A stretch of DNA of 64,000 nt from Flaccisagitta enflata (taxonomy: Eukaryota), in NCBI GenBank assembly GCA_965153355.1, contig OZ231126.1:13454001-13518000 (forward strand), written 5' to 3'. Within the stretch, counting starts at the first letter, position 1, and each line of letters starts with the position of its first letter. Position numbers and translations under genes: made by a program. Below are positions 1-18,064 of the stretch, in pieces. The notes beneath the pieces were generated by a model. It did not search any database, had not been told where the DNA came from, and saw only the letters and a list, made by a program, of their open reading frames with translations.

Positions 1-267
1 GAGCCTTCACTGACTAGGTACTACGCGCATCACTCCTAGTTTTCCATTTAGCAAATCTAACTTAGCAAACATCCATTCTCAATCTAACCCAAAATACAAA
101 TGCTTACCAAAATAGCTAAGGGCAAATGATTGTTACCTGTTTTACCAAAATTCAACAAATCACCCGAGGGTAACATTGTTAAGTAACCAAACCCTTGAAG
201 GATAGAATCGAGGTCAAGCTTAATGCGACCGCCGGACATTCTAATCCAAGGTACTGAGTAGTACGAA
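1..267. repeat. Partial copy of a ~318-bp repeat unit, also present in tandem at 51175-51693
   Basis: Colinear similarity to ~51236-51495. The core GGATAGAATCGAGGTCAAGCTTAATGCGACCGCCGGACATT is identical in both places. Confidence 0.85.
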
Positions 268-486
268 TATGTACACGATCTTTAGTCGTTTTTCAGTTTC
301 TTCTGGCATAGGAATATTCTTTTCAGTGAAAATCATTAGTAATTATCATGTCAAAGTTAGATTTTCTTCTCTGCATTTTCAAACCCCCATTAGTAGCCAC
401 TGCCTTAAATAGTCACTTAAACTGTGATCCGAGAGATCTGCAACTTAAACGTTATGAAGATAGATTTATGTTGATCAGCGATTTAT

Positions 487-3400
487 TGGTGTGTTCAGGA
501 ATTGCAAAAAATGCTAAAAACGCCTGTGCCAAAAGTTTGGGTATGGTACATGATGTATATAATGAGGGGGAACCATCGGTTGGACTTTTTGTCTAACCAT
601 ATTAGTGCTCGGATGAGTTTTAGTCGTCCAAAAATGGCTTAAAATGGCCAAATTTGACTATGGACCCTCTAACTTGCAAAATGGCAAAAGCAGTCAAATT
701 TTCACCACCCAACATACTTTTTTGGCTTAATGGAGTCAGAATACACTAAGGTAGGTGGTAGAGTGGATGGGTGGGAGGGGTCACCCATGGGGTGGGGGTA
801 AGGGGGCCAAATTGGCCAAAATTCACCTCCTGATGGAGGTGGTTGTAAAAAATGTCAAAAATCAAAAAAGTTGATTTTTTTGGCAAGAATAGGTGTTAAC
901 TAAGGCGTTTCAGCAAAAAAATTGGATTTATTTTGAAAAATGAACAAAAAATGACCAAATCAAAGTGTTGATGGTTGTTGGTAATTTTGGGGTATGAACC
1001 ATTCAACTTTGATTGCTTATAACTTTTTTATGCTGAGGAGAAAAAAAATATGGTCGATCTCATCTGAAAGATCTTTCAAAACTCTTTCAGAATCTCATGG
1101 ATTTCAACTCATTTTGTTCAAAAATGGCAGTACAGTGATCTCCCAAAGTACAGTAAATATTGATTTCTTGTAAGATAGAACCATTCAACTTTGACTGTTA
1201 ATGGATTTTAAATACTTTAAAGCATATAAATTTGGTTGGTCTCATCTGAAAGAGCTTTCAAAACTCTTTCAGAATCTTACGGATTTCAACCCATTTCGTT
1301 CAAAAATGGCGGTACAGTGATCTCCCAAAGTACAGTAAATATTGATTTCTTGTAAGATAGAACCATTCAACTTTGGCTGTTTATAAATTTTAAATACTTT
1401 AAAGCATACAAAATTGGTTGGTCTCATCTGAAAGAACATTCAAAACTCTTTCAGAATCTCACGGATTTCAACTCATTTTGTTAAAAAATGGCAGTACAGT
1501 GATCTCCCAAAGTACAGTAAATATAGATTTCTTGGGCAACAGAACCATTCAACTTTGACTGTTTATAGATCTTAAATACTTTAAAGCATATAAATTTGGT
1601 TGGTCTCATCTGAAAGAGCTTTCAAAACTCTTTCAGAATCTCACGGATTTCAACTCATTTTGTTAAAAAATGGCAGTACAGTGATCTCCCAAAGTACAGT
1701 AAATATTGATTTCTTGGGCGATAGAACCATTCAACTTTGACTGTTAATGAATTTTGAATACTTTAAAGCATACAAATTTGGTTGGTCTCATCTGAAAGAG
1801 CTTTCAAAACTCTTTCAGAATCTCACGGATTTCAACTCATTTTGTTCAAAAATGGTGGTACAGTGATCTCCCAAAGTACAGTAAATATTGATTTCTTCGG
1901 CGATGGAACCATCCAACTTTGACTGTTTATAGATTTTAAACACTTTAGAGCATAAAAATTTGGTTGATCTCATCTGAAAGATGTTCCATAACCCTTTAAG
2001 AATCACTGTACCACCATTTTTCATTCAAATGAGTTGAAATCCATGAGACTCTGAAAGGGTTTTGAAAGATCTGTCAGACGAGATCAACCAAATTTTTATG
2101 CTCCAAAGTGTTTTAAATCTATAAACTGTCAAAGTTAGGCGGTTCCATCGCCAAAGAAATCAATACTTACTGTACTTTGTGAGATCACTGTACCGCCATT
2201 TTTGAACAAAATGAGTTGAAAATCATGAGATTCTTAAAGGGTTATGGAAGATCTTTCAGATGAGATCAACCAAATTTTTATGCTCTAAAGTGTTTAAAAT
2301 CTATAAACAGTCAAAGTTGGATGGAAGAAATCAATATTTACTGTACTTTGGGAGATCACTGTACCACCATTTTTGAACGAAATGAGTTGAAATCCGTGAG
2401 ATTCTGAAAGAGTTTTGAAAGCTCTTTCAGATGAGACCAACCAAATTTGTATGCTTTAAAGTATTCAAAATTCATTAACAGTCAAAGTTGAATGGTTCTA
2501 TCGCCCAAGAAATCAATATTTACTGTACTTTGGGAGATCACTGTACTGCCATTTTTGAACAAAAAAGTTGAAATCCATGAGATTCTGAAAGAGTTTTGAA
2601 AGCTCTTTCAGATGAGATCAACCAAATTTATATGCTTTAAAGTATTTAAGATCTATAAACAGTCAAAGTTGAATGGTTCTGTTGCCCAAGAAATCAGTAT
2701 TTACTGTACTTTGGGAGATCACTGTACCGCCATTTTTGAACGAAATGAGTTGAAATCCGTGAGATTCTGAAAGAGTTTTGAAAGCTCTTTCAGATGAGAC
2801 CAACCAAATTTGTAGGCTTTAAAGTATTCAAAATCTATTAACAGTCAAAGTTGAATGGTTCTATCGCCCAAGAAATCAATATTTACTGTACTTTGGGAGA
2901 TCACTGTACTGCCATTTTTGAACAAAATGAGTTGAAATCCGTGAGATTCTGAAAGAGTTTTGAAAGATCTTTCAGATGAGATCAACCATATTTTTTTTCT
3001 CCTCAGCATAAAAAAGTTATAAGCAGTCAAAGTTGAATGGTTCATACCCCAAAATTACCAACAACCATCAACACTTTGATTTGGTCATTTTTTGTTCATT
3101 TTCCAAAATGAATCCAATTTTTTTGCTGAAACGCCTTAGTTAACACCTATTCTTGCCAAAAAAATCAACTTTTTTGATTTTTGTCATTTTTTACAACCAC
3201 CTCCATCAGGAGGTGAATTTTGGCCAATTTGGCCCCCTTACCCCCACCCCATGGGTGACCCCTCCCACCCATCCACTCTACCACCTACCTTAGTGTATTC
3301 TGACTCCATTAAGCCAAAAAAGTATGTTGGGTGGTGAAAATTTGACTGCTTTTGCCATTTTGCAAGTTAGAGGGTCCATAGTCAAATTTGGCCATTTTAA

Positions 3401-3552
3401 GCCATTTTTGGACGACTAAAACTCATCCGAGCACTAATATGGTTAGACAAAAAGTCCAACCGATGGTTCCCCCTCATTATATACATCATGTACCATACCC
3501 AAACTTTTGGCACAGGCGTTTTTAGCATTTTTTGCAATTCCTGAACACACCA
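487..3552. mobile_element. Foldback-type non-autonomous DNA transposon (Mutator/FB-like), ~1.5-kb inverted arms
   Basis: Termini TGGTGTGTTCAGG...CCTGAACACACCA. 9-bp TSD GCGATTTAT at 478-486 and 3553-3561. Outer ~510 bp near-perfectly inverted. Inner arms are tandem ~182-bp units (AACCAT(T/C)CAACTTTG at ~998, 1180, 1361, 1543, 1725, 1907) mirrored on the right. No transposase ORF. Confidence 0.92.
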
Positions 3553-3739
3553 GCGATTTATGTTGATCCGCGCTGTGAAAAAGTTAGAAGGTCTTACTGC
3601 CATTGGTTCTGACACTTTTGACAAATGATTACTTGCTGCGTCATACACTAACTCCACTTCCACAAATGGCAAAAAAAGTTTCACTCCCAGTGTCTCCCAC
3701 TAAAGTTACGGCATTATTTCTAAAATATTGTGTATAATA

Positions 3740-4506
3740 CAGGGAGATCAATCTCAACTGGCAAAAAGTATTAAGCTTTTACTCTTAAATGCATTATGTC
3801 ACTAATTTGGAATCATTTTTTTTTTTAATTATTATGTTCGACGTTTTTTGTGTCCAAATTTCATAGGTTTAAGATGAATAGTTTGCCCACAGCATCAATT
3901 TAGAGAATAACAAGTATTTACACTTGTAGCTCAATAAATTCTATTTTCATCATCAAACTCTTTCATTTGATAAGTTTATTTTCTGAATAGACTCAACTTC
4001 TGATTTAAGATTGGTCTCAAATGGAGCATGATTTGAATCTTTCTCATTTGAGACCATTTTTGCATCAGTAGGAACTTTTTAGTTGCGTGCTACGCGACTA
4101 TACACCCCGCTTTGTCGTTCCGTCGGTCCGTCTGTCCATCCCTCCATTGGTCACACTTTACTTTTTTGGTTTTTTTGGGGGTTTTGGCCTCACTGCTCCT
4201 GCCCAAATGATCTGGTGACCTCAAGTTAGGCCCCTGCCCACTCACACGCGACTGGGGTAGCCGTGTATCCGGCCTTGTTATAGAAAAATTATGTTAGATG
4301 AATAGGTTCTTTTGAGATACAGATGCAATTACTTGTTCCACTTCAAATTGATGTTGTGGGCAAACTATTCATCTCAGACTTATGAAATTTGGGCATAAAA
4401 AATGTGAAACATAGTACTTTAGGAGGCAAATAATTCCAGATTAGTGAAATAATGCATCTAGAATCAAAAGCTTAATAATTTTTGTCAGTTGAGATTGTTC
4501 ACCCTG
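3740..4506. mobile_element. Tc1/mariner-type MITE with long degenerate TIRs, carrying a nested HINE-like repeat
   Basis: TA|CAGGG...CCCTG|TA ends. About 3740-3900 is inverted against about 4345-4506. A related left end occurs at 45879. Confidence 0.75.
4076..4279 (+). mobile_element. DINE-1/HINE-like (Helentron-associated) short element, family A
   Basis: T-rich start, subterminal inverted repeat AGT(C/T)GCGTG...CACGCGACT, (GTCY)n tract, 3' hairpin GCCG-TGTATC-CGGC then CTTGTT. Other copies at ~16073-16228(+), 17391-17608(-), 30926-31060(-), 31106-31322(+), 46815-47005(+), 47849-48100(+), 49605-49811(-), 50897-51097(-), 54580-54720(+), 55354-55486(+), 56092-56250(-), 62163-62370(-). Confidence 0.75.
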
Positions 4507-4579
4507 TAAGAAAGAGATTTTGACCGATAATGTACAGTTGAAAACAAAAGGTATTACAAGGAACAAGTTTGTACGTCAG

Positions 4580-7500
4580 GTCCGCAATGTGGCTCGAAAT
4601 GGGATATGGGACCTTGAATCGGAGAAAGGAAAAGAAAAATTGGAAGTGGAAAAGAGGGCACTCAAGACAAGCATAACACTTGCAAGTAAGCACAATAGTA
4701 CTAAATACCAGACCGAAATCCAAGTAGCAATGTAACACCGGTAAGCGATATAGATGTTTATATGTATAGATAGAAGGTAAGCACATGTTACAGCAAAAAC
4801 ATTTAAAAAACATTGGTTAATTCACTGCTCTTGCAGCAAATGAGTACATGAACATATGATCAAATGATCACTTGGAGACTTATGAACATATGAAATTCGA
4901 AACAACTTCTGCCTTCACAAAATGAGGCCAGAATTCTCAAATATACAGCGGATGAAAGCCTTGCAAGCTTTCAATGGTGTTTACTCCGGATTGCTCACAA
5001 CTATCCGTTAGTATTTACAAATAAGATTCTTCACCGACAAAACTATCAACTTGACTGCATACCTCATTATTTCAGATGGAATATCAAAGAGAATAGAATG
5101 GGTAAGTAAACAAATTTGCAGACTAACTATGGCAAAAAAAAAAAGCGAACAGTTACTTTTTTTGCTTATAAATCCTTTGAAAATTCACCCAGTGTGCTGA
5201 AATTTCTACTGGAGTCACTTTTTGGTATCATTAAGTATCACTGAAAAAATCGATGTCCTGCTCTAAATAATTTAGGAATTATAGATTTTTTTAAAGTGCT
5301 TGTCTGATGATTAGGAATTCAACGTACACACATAAGAATTTTCAAAGAATGAATAAACCAATTTAAAAAAACCGCACTAAATATAGTCCAATTTTGATGA
5401 AATTTGAAGTAGAAGTAGACCACATTGTGAGCAGGCTGTGGTAAAAATTTTATAACCAAACTCCAATTATTTTAGTAGAAACAGCAAATTTTCCAAAACT
5501 TTTTTTATGGGTTTAAGAATGAAGTTAATGAAGATGAAACCTGAAATATAAAGTGATGCTGTGGCCATAGTTTTTTACGGATTATCACGATTTTTTAACT
5601 GATAATTTTTGTAAGTATGAGTAATCTCCAGTAAAATTTTTGTGAAGATAGAAGCATTTTTAGTCTCCCAAATTGCAAAAATATTCTTACAGGTAGCTGA
5701 ATATTTCTTATCCTGAGCAAGCTAACAATCAACCAATATCTACCCCACTAGACTTTATCTGAGTAGAAGCGAATTTTGCCTAGTATTAGTAAATAGCACC
5801 ATCAGACTACAGTTCAAAAATCATAACAAAACTCCCAAAACTTTTTGCACAATGCTAGTTTTACTAAAAATGGAATTATTTTGATTTAGGATAAGTGTCA
5901 TCTCTGGCAGTCAAAGAAAGAGGTGACATCAGTAAAAACGTGATAACGGCTAAAGTATTCAACGGATTTTGATGAAATTTTAACCAGACATAGTCCAAAT
6001 CATAGTTATTATTCCCTGTAAATTTTATGCAAATTGGTCAACATCTTCTTACGTTTTTGCTCTCTCAAAATTCGTTCGCTTTTTTATTTTGCCATAGTTA
6101 TCATGTCGCAATGAAAAATTGTAATTCTTTGAGAGATAAGAGATAAGAGATAAGAGTCTTATTTTCTGCATAAAAAATTACTTATCCAAAGGTTTTCAAT
6201 TTTAGTAACCACTAAATTTAGGTCGTACCTAAAATTGGATATGTAAGTATGTGAGTGGAAGCATACACTATACAGAAATGAGTAGCCTTTGAATGTTTTA
6301 TTTTACTTTTATAGGTTAAGTTTTTTTTTTCAATAACATTTTCCTATAGTTTTTTTCTAAGAAACTTTGTGTTGCACATTTCATAGCAGAGTCATTCTTG
6401 CAAGCTGATTTGGAATGACAGGCAACAAGCCTATAAGAGAAAATCAGCGAGGGACAATAGACCATCAACTCATGTAACGATAACCATCTGGGATGTCAGG
6501 CAAAAATTATCATCATTCCTTTTAGTGGTAATGATGATGTTTAAGTTAACAGTATGCAGGTAAACAAAAAAAAAGCCTCATCATATGCGATGGGAGCAAT
6601 CTCCTGCCCCTACTTCTACAGTTCTACTTTGCCATATTTCAACTGACTTAGCCATTTTTGCCTACCATTTTCAGCATCATTTCTGCTATGCTGGACTCCG
6701 TATGCCATCACGGCTCTGACCAACGCCTTTGGAGATCCCAACAGCCTGACCATGAATACTCAATGTTTCACGCCTATCTTCGCTAAGACTCAAGCAGTTC
6801 TTGATCCAATCATTTACATTGGAACCAATGATAAATACCGGTTTGTAAAAAGATATGAGACTTTCGGTCCAAATCCCTGCCTTGAGGTCCAGTTTCCGTC
6901 ATTTTGGCCCAAAGGCCTTCATCCCAAACCTAGGGGCCCAATGACTCCCCATGCATCTAAAGCACAGATGGACGCTGCTCCTCTCACAATCGCATTGGGT
7001 ACCGCTGACCATCTACTGTATTTACGAATTTGTATTTCCTTTCAATAACAGGAAAGCGTTCTTCAAGTTGGTGGTAGCTAAGTCAGTGGCTGAGAGCGAT
7101 AACAAGGTACTTATGATAAAAATTTCAAACCTTTCTTTAAAAAATCTTAACCTCCAAGTCCCATGCCCAAATGGTAGATTTCTAGATCCAGAACTTGACT
7201 TCTGATACAGTTGAACCTCGCAACAACGGTTACCAAGGAACTATTCTATCTATTGAAGGCAAATTTTTGTTAATAGTCAATATAAGTGATGAAAAGAAAT
7301 GGCTTGAAGGGACTAAATTTTTTATCTGTTAAATTGGCGGATTTCAGTGATTCTTGGGTCGGTTATCGCGGGATGTGACTGTACCATGATGCTGTTTTCT
7401 CAGTTTGAATAGGCGGACGGCCAGAACTTCTAGCCCAGAAGCCTCCTTTGTTCTACTAGACAAATTCTTCCTGGTTTCACTCTCGCTGGCCATCCCTTTG

Positions 7501-7662
7501 GTGCTCTGGCATTCCTATCCTGGCGCCTAAACCATAACAAGGAAAATTCTGAAAAATCTTATTCATTGAATATTTTTTTTTCCACTACAGGTTGACCCCG
7601 AGACCGTCCATACGGAATACGTGCAAGAACACGACTTATCGACACAAAAACAAGAAAAGTAA
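4580..7662 (+). CDS. Opsin (rhodopsin-family GPCR), last four exons: ICL3-TM6-TM7-C tail; possibly a xenopsin. 5' exons not found in the window
   Basis: Exons 4580-4685, 6675-6840, 7052-7106, 7591-7662, all GT-AG and phase-consistent. Translation: VRNVARNGIWDLESEKGKEKLEVEKRALKTSITLATSFLLCWTPYAITALTNAFGDPNSLTMNTQCFTPIFAKTQAVLDPIIYIGTNDKYRKAFFKLVVAKSVAESDNKVDPETVHTEYVQEHDLSTQKQEK*. Contains TM6 CWxPY, and TM7 PIFAKT aligning with bovine rhodopsin PAFFAKS (K296). Confidence 0.88.
5126..6098. mobile_element. Non-autonomous TIR element with TA TSD, in an opsin intron
   Basis: TA|ACTATGGCAAAA...AAGCGAAC at the left and GTTCGCTT...TTTTGCCATAGT|TA at the right (~25-bp TIR). Similar TIR at 14881/15641. 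Confidence 0.7.
7208..7381. mobile_element. pogo/Tigger-like MITE in the last opsin intron
   Basis: TA|CAGTTGAACCTCGC...GCGGGATGTGACTG|TA: imperfect TIR with TA TSD. Confidence 0.6.
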
Positions 7663-8957
7663 ATTGCCTTTTGATCAAAATTGGATACATTTTAGCTCGA
7701 ATTGGGTCAGAGCCTAGTAGCCTAGTAGCCAAGCCTAGTAGCGAGATCAGACAAGACAAGATTAACTGTGAAGAGATGACGAAAAATCATCACATGAGTC
7801 TCGGCCCTGAAATTAGAAAAAAGTTCCCCTTTTTTCGGAAAAAAAATGTCTGTAAGAATGTTACGATGGTCAGGTAGTCTAGACAAGATATGTGATTTTT
7901 GTCAGGTGACACTATTGGATATTTCATTTGCTTTTTGGTCGGTTGGTTGGTTAGTCTGTTGGTCGTTTTTTTCGTCAATTGGCTTTTCCGGGTTTTCCAG
8001 TCCAAATCCACTCGTCCGTGAATAAGATTGCCATACATCCAGCATTTTTTTCATTTTCTTTTTTTTTTGTTTTGTCTGATAGACATGTCAAAGGGTTCAT
8101 TTCGGCGCGCCTTTGATTTGGTTGTCTAAAGTGCTTTTCAGACCGTTTCTTGATGATGTACCAGTAAGCTACTATCTTGGAAAAAATAAAAGTCCAGGAC
8201 GTTTTGTCATATTATAGCTTTGAAATACATGATTTGATATATAAATTGGTGATCAATATGAAGCTGATAAACAGGGCTAGCAAATGGTGCCAAGCTGAGA
8301 CTCATTGGGTTGTTCATTTAGATTTTACATCAAAATAAGTGAAAGTGTTGATTTTGGGAAATGGACACATGACACATGACACATGACACATGACACATGA
8401 CATTTTGTTACAGTGTTGCTTTGATATGCAAAATTTGAAAGGAAAATCTGTGACCATTTTGAGGCTGTTGATCAGGGCTATCTATTGCCGCCAAGCAGAG
8501 ACTCATAGCTCTATTTGTTTGGATTCTACATCAAAAAGAGTGAGAAGGTTGACTCTCAAAAATTGTAAAAAATTGTGTGGAGACATTATACTTCAAAATG
8601 GCTTTATACTGTTTACCAAGATATGCCCTTACAGATGCAAGCGGTTTCTAAACCCTAAAAAGGTTATTCTAAATGATAAGCTTATGAAAATGGTCATTAT
8701 TTTATCAGATTTGAAATCAAATCATTCTTTTATCCAGCATGAACTTTTATTTTTTCCAAGATAGTATATGAGGCTGTAAAATTAGTGTCATTGAAGATAT
8801 ACCTTGAATAATTATCCCCCTTCGTAGGAACAAAAAAAACTCTGTGTAAGTTTGATTTTATTTGGTGTTCGGTAAATACTATTTGGCAGTGTTTGTTAAC
8901 AATAACGTTAATGAGCGTGTTTTAGCATTAAAAGAATGATTGAGAATGCGACAACAA

Positions 8958-14510
<5,553 letters not shown>

Positions 14511-14744
14511 TTTCGTTGTTTTGAGTCAAAAGAGCATCGCTTTTACGTTTAACTGTTTACGCTCTGCAGAGAAGGCAAAGCGCACAAGATAGAGGAACGG
14601 TGAAAACTCGTGAATCTGTGGGATTGATACATGATTAGCTTATGGTAACATGGGCTTAGGTGTAGAAGCCGGCCGGACATACGTAAGCACATATAATAGG
14701 ATTTTTTTTCCTGCGACACTGCCTCGACATACAATTATTACAGC

Positions 14745-15842
14745 TAACTCTGACCCTACCCTTTAACCTTACCCCACCTCTACCCCCAAACCCACTCCTA
14801 CCCCTAAACCCACTCCAACCCCTGAACCCACCCCTACCCCTAAACCCAACCCTACCCCTAAACCCAACCCTAACGTTATAACCATGCCAAAGAAAAAAAT
14901 TGCACACTTACCTTTAAACACACGCCCCATCGCTCTCCGTATAGTAAACTATAAAAAATCAGTGACTGTTAGAAAGATATTCAAAAATTCTTTAAAACTA
15001 GACCAAGCAGAATGTTGTAGCTTTTTTGTTTTGAAATGACAACTAAATGAAGTTAATAACTCCACTTCCCTCAAACGAAATCAATCAATCATAAGAATTT
15101 TCCTCTTTTACATATGTATCAATGTAAATACTGACCTAAATTCAAAAAAATTCATGAGGAAAAAAAAAATATAGAAAATTGTCTTCAAAATGGCGCCAAG
15201 CAGAAATTTGTAACTTAATCCATTTAGAAGTTATGATTAAATGTAAGTGAATGGTACATTTCAAAGGGATGTGTGAAATCGCTCTTTCTGGCAGTAAGCA
15301 TATCATTGTAGTTTCTAAAGTTTTTGAGCTACAACGCTCTGACACCACTCAATTGATTGATTTTTTTAAGCTCTTTAAATGCTCACTGATTTTTATACAG
15401 TTGAGCTTCGCTAGAGCGCATGTCAAGGGACTGAGCAAAACCATGCTTTATAGTGAAGCTGCCCTATTGCCAACATAGAAATAACTACAAAAAATTTCAT
15501 CGGACTACAAGTTATATGCCTTATAGGCGGGCATGCCTTATTAGCGGGTGCCTTCTAGTGAAGCTCCACTGTAGTTTCACCTCCTATGAACGAACCAAGA
15601 GTCGTCAAAAATTTGTGCAATTTTTTTTTTTTTGGCATGGTTACCCCTGAACCCGACCCTTCCCCTAAAACCAACCCTAATCCCAACTCTGCCCCTACAC
15701 CAAACCCTACCCCTAAATCCAACCCTACCCCTAAACCCAACCCTACCCCTTAACCCAACCCTACCCCTCAACCAGACCCTACCCCTAAAACCAACCCTAA
15801 TCCCAACTCTACCCCTAAACCAAACCCTACCCCTAAACCCAC
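14745..15842. repeat. 18-bp telomere-like minisatellite (CCCTACCCCTAAACCCAA)n, interrupted by a TA-TSD TIR element at 14881-15641
   Basis: Arrays at ~14745-14873 and ~15644-15842 in the same orientation. Between them TA|ACCATGCCAAAG...TTTGGCATGGT|TA. Confidence 0.75.
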
Positions 15843-15957
15843 AGAATATTTCGATAAGCTTTGGCTTACCATCATTCAGCTGTGAGACAGAATGAATCTC
15901 AGACAGTGAGACTGAACAAATACACAAAAGCCAAAGCTTATCGAATTATTCTGTGGA
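15839..15957. repeat. Short inverted repeat or mini-MITE
   Basis: CCACAGAATATTTCGATAAGCTTTGGCTT ... AAGCCAAAGCTTATCGAATTATTCTGTGG. Confidence 0.7.
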
Positions 15958-16687
15958 TTTTTATTCTGCAGATACATATGTGTACTACCCAAATGAAGAA
16001 TTTATTTCCTCATGATTGGATTATGGTAAACCAATGAAGATTATGGGTAAAAGAGGGTAGTCCATAATTTTTTTTTCTTTTTAGTCGCGGACACGCGACT
16101 CTTCACCTTGCTCTGTCGGTCGGTCGGTCCGTCTGTCCGTCCATCATATTTCTGAATTGCGAGCGGATTTTGCACTACTGCTCCTGCCCAATCATCCGCA
16201 ACTGTCCTGCCGTGTATCCGGCCTTGTTCCTTGCTTCTTTACATCCTTAAAGTTAGGATTGTACGTAACATGATGTTGACAACGAAGTGCGCATTGGCAC
16301 TGGTATTGATCATCAAGTTCTACAGAAACGTGAATTTTGGAGCTAATCCTTGTCAAAGTCATGGCAACTAAAAAAGGCTAAGTTGAAGTTAAACTTTAAC
16401 AATGTCTTTTTTCCATCAGGCTATGCAAAAAATGCATTATGGTACGTATGACGTTATTCAAACCATAAGTAAACCATAAATAGTCCATCGGGTGTCTTCG
16501 GTCCTTGAAGCAGACAAAATGAATAATTGATAGTAGAGTATTATGCCTTGACTTGGAAGCTTGAAAAAAGCAATTTTAAAAAGACAATGTTCGTTCCAAA
16601 TGTTTACTTTCATTAAAAGCGAGCACGTTATTCAAATACACCCAAATACTAGTTTGAATTCAACCGTGTTGAATAAAGCAAAATAAT

Positions 16688-16763
<76 letters not shown>

Positions 16764-17610
16764 TTTCTACCAAAGAATATATACAATAAACCAGCTTTCG
16801 TGTTTCTGTTCTGGTTGTCATCGTGTTTGCGTGTCAAGCTATCGTTTGGTAAGTTAAGGTTAAGATAAGTCAGAGTGGATAAAAAAGGTAAGGCTACGCC
16901 GACCCCTGATGATCTGAGGCAAAGGTAAGGAAAGGCTCTATGCTTATAATTCGTTCTAAGCAAGGCTGCCTCGACCCCCAGATGATCTAAGGCAAGGCTC
17001 TCTTGGTCTATTTCGATAAAAAGAAAAAGAGAAAGCTAAGGCTCTAGGGTAGTTAAAGGAAAATTGAACGAGATTCGAAAAGAAATTGAGGACATTTTTA
17101 GGACGAAAGGACTTTTTGTCGGTTGAAAGAATGAGGCTAACCATCGATATGTAAGACAAGCAAGGCAAGGAAATGGCAAAAAAAAGTAGAAGAGAGTAGG
17201 GAAAGAGAGAGAGAAATCGAGAGCTCCTAAGGTGGTTGAACTGTAGTGAGGGGTAAAAGGACGGAAACAGGTTTTTCATAACACGTCGCGGGATTTATAT
17301 TTTAAGTGGGAAAAATCAGTGGACATGATCGGGTATGCTGGTAGGTTGGTAGGAGGGAAAAGGAGAAGTGAGGGGAGAAGAAGTTTAACAAACAAGGCCG
17401 GATACATGGCTACCCCAGTCGCGTGCGGGTGGGCAGGAGCAGTGCTGGAAAAGGTCAACAGAGCATTTGGGCAGGAGCAGTCGGCTCAAAAAGTTCAAAA
17501 ACGCCAAAAAGTAAAAAGGGGACCGACCAACCGACCGACAGACCGACCGACTAACCAACCGACGGACCGACATAGCGGGGTGTAGAGTCGCGTAGTACGC
17601 GACTAAAAAT

Positions 17611-17641
<31 letters not shown>

Positions 17642-18064
17642 AGAAGAAGAAGAAGAAAAAGAAGAAGAAGAAGAAGAAGAAGAAGAAGAAGAAGAAGAAG
17701 AAGAAGAAGAAGAAGATTTTTCTCAACTGCAACATAAGATGAGGACATTGCGCAAAAACTAGAAAAGCTATCCAAATTCTGAAAAAAGCTCCTGGAAGAT
17801 GAGAGTTTGCAGTTTATTGTTAGCGAATTTCAGGTACAATTTTCTGAAATTTGATCCAATTTATGCATTATGCATTGAAGGGCAGATTCTGCAAAAAAAA
17901 GGCGATTTTATTACAGTTTTAGTAGAACTATTTTCCACTGAATGCTCTTTTTCCTACATGGTTTGAACCACTAATCCCAGCTTGATTGCAGATGAAAGAT
18001 ATTTTGAAATAGTCTAAGGAGGAAAAGAGAGAAAGAGATATATTCAAAGAGTTTTGATGAAAGG

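Noticed and set aside
998-3045. Regular repeats as a CRISPR array, and short ORFs within them
   Set aside because: These are whole-unit ~182-bp tandem repeats with no unique spacers and no cas genes, in a eukaryotic context.
4836-5101. Exon-like segments inside the opsin intron
   Set aside because: Splice-like sites exist, but the opsin joins 4685 to 6675 cleanly and no recognisable product results.
14745-15842. True telomere or interstitial telomeric array
   Set aside because: The unit is an 18-bp degenerate minisatellite, not pure (TTAGGG)n or (TTAGG)n.
16880-17000. Hammerhead ribozyme (CTGATGA...GAAA)
   Set aside because: Could not form stems I-III around the core. It looks like a short degenerate direct repeat.
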